Assembly (NCBI GenBank): GCA_012797175.1 | Contig: JAAZPQ010000145.1 | Location: forward strand, 1 to 40,462 | Reading direction: 5' to 3' | Origin: Bacillota bacterium | GTDB lineage: Bacteria; Bacillota; Dethiobacteria; DTU022 | Length of the DNA: 40,462 bases | In this document: positions 34,746 to 40,462 of the stretch, one piece after another | How positions within the stretch are numbered: position 1 is the first letter of the stretch | How the letters are laid out: each line of letters starts with the position of its first letter | Program-made: the position numbers and the translations under genes | Notes under the pieces: model-generated | The model's database searches: none | Told to the model about the DNA's origin: nothing | What the model saw: only the letters and a program-made list of their open reading frames with translations

Positions 34746-34780
34746 GAAAAGCCGTAGGGCAAAGGCGGTCACCCTACGGC
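34746..34780 (-). terminator. Intrinsic terminator downstream of adh
   Basis: GCCGTAGGG/CCCTACGGC stem followed by TTTTC on the minus strand. Confidence 0.6.
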
Positions 34781-34806
34781 GTAAAAAACCTGCTTAAATA
34801 TTTACC

Positions 34807-34822
34807 GGGGACAGCTGTCCCC
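34807..34822. repeat. Perfect 16-bp palindrome just downstream of the adh stop
   Basis: GGGGACAGCTGTCCCC. Confidence 0.7.
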
Positions 34823-34840
34823 TGCCTGAAACTTCCCTGG

Positions 34841-35896
34841 CTAGATTATAACTACAGGTTTAATTAAATCTTTCGGCTTGTCCTTCATTAGCAACAAGGC
34901 GTCTTTAATATTATCAAATCCATCGAAGGTATGGGTCACCAGCTTGCTTAAGTCGATCCTTTTAGCCATTACCAGGTCAATAAGTCTTTCCATTCTAACC
35001 CTGCCCCCGGGGGTTAACCCCCCGATGATCTTTTTATGAGCCATCCCCGAACCCCAATCTAACCGCGGGATGGGGATCACATCGCCTTCGCCGTAATAGT
35101 TAACATTGGATACGGTTCCGCCCGGCTTGACAATTTTAACTGCAGTCTTAAGAATATCTACATTCGCACCGGCAATAATGACCACGTCTACCCCTTCGCC
35201 GCCGGTTAGTTCAAGAATCTGTTCGTCGATCGGACCTTCTTTATAGTTAATAATATTGGTCGCCCCGTAAAATTTTGCCGCTTCGACACAAGCCGGCCTG
35301 CTCCCGACAGCAAACAGCTTGCCCGCTCCACGTAACTTGGCCCCGGCAACAGCCATTAACCCAACAGGACCGATACCGATAACGGCAACAGAATAGCCCA
35401 ATCCGATATCGGCCAGCTCGGCGCCATGAAAACCTGTCGTCATCATATCGGTAATCATAACAGCTTCCTCTAATGAAACCTCTTCCGGAAGATACGCCAG
35501 GTTCATATCGGCATCATTAACATGGAATAATTCCGCAAACACGCCATCCTTAAAGTTTGAAAACTTCCAACCGGCCAGCATGCCGTTAGAGTGCATGGGG
35601 AAGCCTCGCTGCACCTCTTTCGAGCGCCAATCAGGGGTTATCGCAGGGACAACAACCCTGTCACCCGGCTTAAAATCTTTAACTTCTTTGCCGACCTCCA
35701 CTACTTCACCCACGGCTTCATGCCCAAGAATCATCTTGTCCCGCTCACCGATAGCACCCTCAAAAGCGGTATGGATATCAGATGTACATGGCGCTACAGC
35801 CAGCGGTTTAACAATGGCGTCATACGGCCCCGGTGTGGGAGCATCCTTTTCAATCCAATCAACCTCACCAATTTTAATCATTGCAAAAGCTTTCAT
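34841..35896 (-). CDS. adh: NADP-dependent secondary (isopropanol) alcohol dehydrogenase, TbADH/CbADH family
   Basis: Colinear with TbADH as recalled: PCTSD (C37), GHE (H59), DMMTTGFHG (D150), GIGPVG, GSR NADP motif, MKDKPKDLIKPVV. Confidence 0.95.
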   Translation of the reverse strand: MKAFAMIKIGEVDWIEKDAPTPGPYDAIVKPLAVAPCTSDIHTAFEGAIGERDKMILGHEAVGEVVEVGKEVKDFKPGDRVVVPAITPDWRSKEVQRGFPMHSNGMLAGWKFSNFKDGVFAELFHVNDADMNLAYLPEEVSLEEAVMITDMMTTGFHGAELADIGLGYSVAVIGIGPVGLMAVAGAKLRGAGKLFAVGSRPACVEAAKFYGATNIINYKEGPIDEQILELTGGEGVDVVIIAGANVDILKTAVKIVKPGGTVSNVNYYGEGDVIPIPRLDWGSGMAHKKIIGGLTPGGRVRMERLIDLVMAKRIDLSKLVTHTFDGFDNIKDALLLMKDKPKDLIKPVVII

Positions 35897-35942
35897 TTAC
35901 ATAACCTCCCACAATGTAATATTTGTTACGCATTTCAAACAA

Positions 35943-35971
35943 AACTTATCATAATTATTTTTCTATGTCAA
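35943..35971 (-). promoter_or_regulatory. SigA promoter of adh
   Basis: TTGACA-N17-TAAGTT with a TGn motif in an AT-rich intergenic region. Confidence 0.6.
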
Positions 35972-36153
35972 CAGTCTTAACTGATTTTTTATTATTTTCG
36001 ATAAAATAGAAATACACAAATGCCCGCCAAATATGCACTACCCGGTTCATGAGCCTGGCCAAGCCCGGCCCAAATGGTGCAGGAATCAGGCTACCTGAAG
36101 GCGAATAGTTTTTAATGTAGTGAATTTTCAGCTAAACAAAGGAGGTCCAGCCT

Positions 36154-37494
36154 ATGTCCGCCAGTGAAATGAGGCGGGCCAAGCGTCACCTGGAAACCAC
36201 CCGCAAGATGAAAGATCTGCTGCCGCGTTTTTTTATGCGCACATTCGAAAGGCGCTTCAGCAACGAGCCGCTGGCCTGGTGCATGGTCGGGGTGCCGCCC
36301 GAGCTGCTGAAAGCTTTTGACCTGCTCTGGGAATGGCCCGAAAACTTCGGCACTCTCTGCGCCAGCCGCCAGGTCGCTCCCCAATTTATCAAAACAGCCG
36401 AAGGAGACGGCTACTCCCCGGAGCTCTGCACCTATGTCACCAACACCCTGGGCTATTGCAAGCTCTGGACAGAATCAGGAGAGCCGCCCGCAGAATCACC
36501 GATGCCCGGCGGGATGGGAAACCCGACCATGCTTTTAGGCTCGGGTTTTATCTGTGAACCGCGTTACAAGTGGTTCCAGACGGTCGCCACCCGCTTTGTC
36601 GATTGCCCCGTCTATAGCAGCGATCCCTTGGCCCCGCCCTGGGATGTCGATCCGCACGACCCCCGCATCGCCAACCATTACAAGGAGCTGCTTCGTGAAG
36701 ACCTGCACGGGCAGGTCGAGTTTTTAGAGCGCCATACCGGAAGAAAACTAGACCCGGGCCGGCTGCGCGAAATATTGACTCTTTCGCACAAGGCCCTGGC
36801 TTACTGGCGGGATACCCTGGCCCTGCGCCAGGCCATCCCCTGCCCGATGGGCTCTACCGACTACTTCTCGGCGATCATCCCGCAGTTGTACATGGTCGGT
36901 GAAGAGGAGGCGGTTGATTTTTACCGGGAGTTCTACCACGAGGTCAAAGACCGGGTTGACCGGAAGATCGGCATTGTCGAAGAAGAAAAATACCGCCTGA
37001 TCTGGTTCGGGCTGCCGCCCTGGTTTAACCTGGGATTTTTTAATTACCTGGAATCGCTCGGGGCAGTCTTTGCTATTGAATCAACTTACAATGTCGGGGA
37101 CTGGTTTGAGGTTGAGATAAACGATCCGCTAGAGGCCATTGTCGAACGGACCTGGCAGCGCGCGGTTAAAATGCACGATTACGGGGCCGAGGCCATGCCG
37201 GAGCTGTGTAACCCCGCCGTCTTTGGTGGTTTCGTTGGCAGCCGCATGCTCGAAGAGGTCGTCGAGCAGTACCACCTCGATGGAGCGGTGATGCACCTGA
37301 CCCGCTCGTGTCGCGCCGTCTCTTTCGGCGAGGTTCATACCAAAAATCGCCTGGCCGAAATGGGGGTACCTTCATTAATTTTTGAAAGCGACATGGCCGA
37401 TCCCCGCCTCTGGTCTGATGCCCAGATTAAGACAAGGGTCCACGCCTTTATCGAGACCCTGGCCGGTCGCGATCCTGGCGGCAGCCAGGGTTGA
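36154..37494 (+). CDS. 2-hydroxyacyl-CoA dehydratase / class I benzoyl-CoA reductase family subunit (alpha-like)
   Basis: PENFG..CA, AE..GYS.ELCTY, CEPRYKWF, LR..IPCPM, DGAVMH..RSCRA.SFG, P.LIFESDM.DPR. Confidence 0.85.
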   Translation: MSASEMRRAKRHLETTRKMKDLLPRFFMRTFERRFSNEPLAWCMVGVPPELLKAFDLLWEWPENFGTLCASRQVAPQFIKTAEGDGYSPELCTYVTNTLGYCKLWTESGEPPAESPMPGGMGNPTMLLGSGFICEPRYKWFQTVATRFVDCPVYSSDPLAPPWDVDPHDPRIANHYKELLREDLHGQVEFLERHTGRKLDPGRLREILTLSHKALAYWRDTLALRQAIPCPMGSTDYFSAIIPQLYMVGEEEAVDFYREFYHEVKDRVDRKIGIVEEEKYRLIWFGLPPWFNLGFFNYLESLGAVFAIESTYNVGDWFEVEINDPLEAIVERTWQRAVKMHDYGAEAMPELCNPAVFGGFVGSRMLEEVVEQYHLDGAVMHLTRSCRAVSFGEVHTKNRLAEMGVPSLIFESDMADPRLWSDAQIKTRVHAFIETLAGRDPGGSQG

Positions 37495-37548
37495 AATTAA
37501 GCGGTGCCCGTCCCGCAGCCATATTCTACAGTAAGGAGAGATTAAAGA

Positions 37549-38682
37549 ATGCATAACTTGTCTGGACTGGCCCGCGCGGCTGCGATAGCCTCGCAACCGG
37601 AGGCGCGGGTTTCTGAACTGCGACAGGAAAGCGGCCGGCCGATTATCGGCTACCTCTGCTGTTTTGCCCCGCCCGAGATTATTAGCGCAGCCGGAGCAAT
37701 ACCCTACCGGATTACCGGCCGGCCCGGCGAACCGACTGCTGAAGCCGATGCCTACCTGGAGCCATACGGCTGCAGCTACGTCCGCAATGTTTTCACGCAG
37801 GCCCTCAAAGGGCGGCTTGATTTTCTGGACGGCCTGGTCATCTCGCACAGCTGCGACCTGGTCCAGCGTCTTTACGGAATCTGGACCTATTACCACCCCT
37901 TCCCCTATTCGCGTCTTTTCAACGTCCCCCACCAGGTTACCCCCTGGGCGGAGCGCTTTTTTAAACGCGAGCTGGGCTTTTTTAAGGAAAGCCTGGAGCA
38001 GTTTACCGGGCAGGCGGTTACAGCAGAGAAGCTCCGCGAAGAAATCGACCTGGCCAACCGTAACCGCGCCTTAATCCGCGAGCTCTACCAGCTCCGGCTT
38101 AAAAACCCCCCGCTGATCAAAGGTAGCGAGATGCTCAGCCTTCTGCTGGCCGGCGGATGGCTCCCCGCGGAGGAGTTTAACACGCTTCTAAACGAGGCCC
38201 TGGAGGAAGTCGAAGCGAGGTCTCCGGAAGGGACGCCGCGCCCCCGGATCTTGGTCTGGGGAAGCCTGCTCGACAATATCGCCTTTTACCGGATGATCGA
38301 AGAGGCCGGCGGCGAGGTTGCCGCCGACGACACCTGCATCGGCTTCCGGCTTTTTGAAAAGGATATCCCCGCGACAGGCGATCCCGATGAAGGGCTGAAG
38401 GAACATTACTTTGTCAACTTCCAGTGCCCGCGCACCGACCGCGGCCCGGGCACCGGGCGTTTTGATTACCTGCTGGAGCGGGCCCGCGAATATAACGTTG
38501 ACGGAGTGATTAGCTATATTATCTCTTTCTGTGACCCCCATAAGTTTGATTACCCGGACTTAAGGGATTACCTGAAGGAAGCTGATTTTCCGATGCTGCT
38601 GATCGATGACAACTACAGTTTTACTCCTGCCGGAACAATTCAGACCAGGCTGCAGGCCTTCATCGAGCTTCTGGCCCGTTAA
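37549..38682 (+). CDS. 2-hydroxyacyl-CoA dehydratase / benzoyl-CoA reductase family subunit (beta-like)
   Basis: GYLCCFAPPEII.AAG, CSYVR, SHSCD, DDTCIG, DGVI.....FCDPH.FDYP, TRLQAF.E. Confidence 0.85.
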   Translation: MHNLSGLARAAAIASQPEARVSELRQESGRPIIGYLCCFAPPEIISAAGAIPYRITGRPGEPTAEADAYLEPYGCSYVRNVFTQALKGRLDFLDGLVISHSCDLVQRLYGIWTYYHPFPYSRLFNVPHQVTPWAERFFKRELGFFKESLEQFTGQAVTAEKLREEIDLANRNRALIRELYQLRLKNPPLIKGSEMLSLLLAGGWLPAEEFNTLLNEALEEVEARSPEGTPRPRILVWGSLLDNIAFYRMIEEAGGEVAADDTCIGFRLFEKDIPATGDPDEGLKEHYFVNFQCPRTDRGPGTGRFDYLLERAREYNVDGVISYIISFCDPHKFDYPDLRDYLKEADFPMLLIDDNYSFTPAGTIQTRLQAFIELLAR

Positions 38683-38766
38683 AAGCATCCCCATCAGCAC
38701 CCCGCCAGCCTTCTACCCCCCTCGAATACCGCCTGAAACCGGCCCCGGGTTCCCGCTTAAGTTTCT

Positions 38767-38803
38767 CCCTCCCCCCTTAAGGGGGGAGGGCTGGGGTAGG
38801 GGT
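38767..38803. repeat. G/C-run palindromic repeat
   Basis: Perfect 24-bp palindrome CCCTCCCCCCTTAAGGGGGGAGGG followed by CTGGGGTAGGGGT. Confidence 0.7.
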
Positions 38804-39034
38804 GAAAAGCCCCGAGCATGGGCCCCCAGCCCCTCTCTTTTGGGAGAAAGGGCCCGGCTTTAAGTAAAGAAAAGAAGACGCTAAGCGGAGCCGTAGCTTA
38901 CGCAAAAGGAGAAATTTTTAGCCAGGCCGCCCCTTGTCACCTAAGCGTAGTTATGAGAAAATGAAAACATTAAACCTAAAAGAAAGCAGCCTGCTTCTTA
39001 AGACATAATTCATAGAAAAGGGGTGTGATCGGTA

Positions 39035-40273
39035 ATGGCGCTAATCGTCCAGAAATTTGGCGGCAGCTCTCTGGCAACCCCAGAACATATCCGCCGCGTT
39101 GCGAAAATCATTGCCGAAACTAAAAAAAATAATCACCGGGTTGTCGTCGTGGTTTCGGCAATGAGCGGCGAAACAGACCGCCTGCTAAACCTGGCCCACG
39201 AGACGGCAACGATGCCCCAAGAGCGCGAGCTTGATGCCCTTCTCGCTACCGGGGAGCAGGTTAGCGCCGCCCTGGTAGCCATCGCTCTTAAAAGCATGAA
39301 GATCACCGCCCGTTCTTACCTGGGCCTGCAGCTGCCGCTGCTGACAGACAAGCAGCATACCCGGGCACGCATTATCAAGCTTTCTACCGAAGAGCTTAAA
39401 AAAACCCTGGAGCAGGATATCGTCCCGGTAGTCGCTGGCTTTCAAGGCGTTAACTCTAACGGTGATATCACCACCCTCGGCCGGGGAGGCTCCGACACCT
39501 CGGCGGTAGCCCTGGCCGCGGCGCTGCAGGCCGATCTCTGCGAGATTCATAGCGACGTTGACGGGGTTTATACCGCCGACCCGGCAATCTGCCCGCGGGC
39601 CCGCCATCTAGGCCAGCTCACCTACGGGGAGATGCTGGAGATGGCCGATATGGGGGCCAAGATATTGCAAATCCGTTCCGTGGAGCTGGCCCGTAAATTT
39701 AAGGTTCCCCTGCTGATCAAATCATCTTTTGGCAGTGATAAGTGCACCTGGATCGTGGAGGAGGAAAAAAGAGATATGGAAAGCGCAGTCATCAGCGGAA
39801 TCATTTTAAGCCATAACGAGGCTAAACTATCCGTTATCCGGGTCCCCGACCGCCCTGGTGTCGCCTACCAGATTCTATCCCCACTGGCGGACGCCTCTAT
39901 CAATGTGGATATGATTATTCAGAACGCGAGCATCGATGGGTATACCGACTTTACCTTTACCGTACCCAAGACCGACCTCTCCAAAACCCGGGAGCTGGTC
40001 GAAAAGGTCCTGCCGAAGATCGGTGCCCGGGAGCTCTGTACAGACGACGGCATCGTCAAGATCTCCGCTGTCGGGCTAGGGATAAAAAACTGCCCCGGTG
40101 TCGCCGCCCGGATGTTCCAGGCGCTGGCCAATGAAGGGATCAATATTCAGATGATTAGCACTTCTGACATCCGCCTCTCCTGTGTTGTCGAGGCCAAATA
40201 CGGGGAGCTGGCGGTGCGGGTGCTGCACGATGTTTTTGGCCTGGAAAAAAACAATAGTTTTAACCCGGCGTAG
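39035..40273 (+). CDS. lysC: Aspartate kinase (alpha), two ACT domains
   Basis: QKFGGSS, VVVVSAM, GFQG, TTLGRGGSDTSAV, DVDGVYTADP, GAKILQIRSV, ACT domains. Confidence 0.95.
   Translation: MALIVQKFGGSSLATPEHIRRVAKIIAETKKNNHRVVVVVSAMSGETDRLLNLAHETATMPQERELDALLATGEQVSAALVAIALKSMKITARSYLGLQLPLLTDKQHTRARIIKLSTEELKKTLEQDIVPVVAGFQGVNSNGDITTLGRGGSDTSAVALAAALQADLCEIHSDVDGVYTADPAICPRARHLGQLTYGEMLEMADMGAKILQIRSVELARKFKVPLLIKSSFGSDKCTWIVEEEKRDMESAVISGIILSHNEAKLSVIRVPDRPGVAYQILSPLADASINVDMIIQNASIDGYTDFTFTVPKTDLSKTRELVEKVLPKIGARELCTDDGIVKISAVGLGIKNCPGVAARMFQALANEGINIQMISTSDIRLSCVVEAKYGELAVRVLHDVFGLEKNNSFNPA
39776..40273 (+). CDS. Aspartate kinase beta subunit from an internal in-frame start
   Basis: ATG at codon 248 (MESAVISG) preceded by GGAGGAGG at 39757-39764, at the kinase/ACT boundary. 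Confidence 0.65.
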   Translation: MESAVISGIILSHNEAKLSVIRVPDRPGVAYQILSPLADASINVDMIIQNASIDGYTDFTFTVPKTDLSKTRELVEKVLPKIGARELCTDDGIVKISAVGLGIKNCPGVAARMFQALANEGINIQMISTSDIRLSCVVEAKYGELAVRVLHDVFGLEKNNSFNPA

Positions 40274-40285
40274 TGCAAAAGAGCT

Positions 40286-40462
40286 TCACTTATCCCCAGG
40301 GCCGCTGCTGTTTTCAGCAAGCGCCCGGCGAATATCTTTGGAGAGGCAGAAGAGGCCCTCGTGTGTCTCTCCGTCGTAAAATCGCAGCTGGCGGGCAACC
40401 CCGGTCAGGCGGCGATCAACCTCTTCGCGGTCAAGTGCCAGGGGGTCCTGGTGGTCCGAGGC
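40286..40462 (-). CDS. speE: Polyamine aminopropyltransferase (spermidine synthase), C-terminal fragment; not in the ORF track
   Basis: Manual translation ASDHQDPLALDREEVDRRLTGVARQLRFYDGETHEGLFCLSKDIRRAL...*, matching the AS...DP...LRFY...H..LF.L C-terminus of SpeE. Confidence 0.75.
   Translation of the reverse strand, partial: ASDHQDPLALDREEVDRRLTGVARQLRFYDGETHEGLFCLSKDIRRALAENSSGPGDK

Noticed and set aside
34520-34800. T-box or His-leader attenuator before hisG
   Set aside because: No T-box sequence, no His codon run; promoter lies close to the start codon
10194-38944. CRISPR array from the roughly 33-bp palindromic repeats
   Set aside because: Copies are kilobases apart, in opposite orientation, without regular spacers or cas genes
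38860-39034. Lysine riboswitch before lysC
   Set aside because: No L-box consensus and too little space after the putative promoter
24-40398. The many short or antisense ORFs in the track that overlap the genes above (e.g. 24..377+, 1118..1498+, 7797..8498+, 22555..23265+, 33778..34413+, 37375..37932-)
   Set aside because: They lie opposite or out of frame to well-supported genes, have no family motifs or RBS, and are expected shadows in GC-rich coding DNA

Overview
Chromosomal window from a moderately GC-rich, anaerobic-looking, flagellated Bacillota genome (taxon inferred from gene content only). From left to right: the 5' end of flagellin and a Bacillus-like late flagellar operon (csrA-fliW-flgL-flgK-flgN-flgM) extended by fapA, a ComFB-family gene and a lipoprotein; a stand-alone omega-transaminase/acyl-ACP-reductase fusion (TamH-like architecture); the ymfF/ymfH M16 pair; a large membrane protein plus GT4 glycosyltransferase; tRNA-Arg(CCG); mgtE with a structured non-M-box leader; DUF4363/DUF421; RING-dispanin plus DUF2752; PIG-L deacetylase plus DUF362; adenine deaminase; a CBS protein; an orphan murT; an uncharacterised five-gene operon (tandem-SCP2 protein, class III aminotransferase, split transketolase with altered acceptor site, second tandem-SCP2 protein); a parvulin foldase; solitary hisG; a low-GC TbADH-like secondary alcohol dehydrogenase; a 2-hydroxyacyl-CoA dehydratase/benzoyl-CoA reductase alpha-beta pair with no activator; aspartokinase with an internal beta-subunit start; and the 3' end of speE. 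No transposase, integrase, prophage or CRISPR array was seen, but two families of short palindromic intergenic repeats are present. The best candidates for undescribed biology are the SCP2-aminotransferase-transketolase operon, the TamH-like fusion and the mgtE leader RNA. All family assignments come from motif recognition by eye, not database searches.
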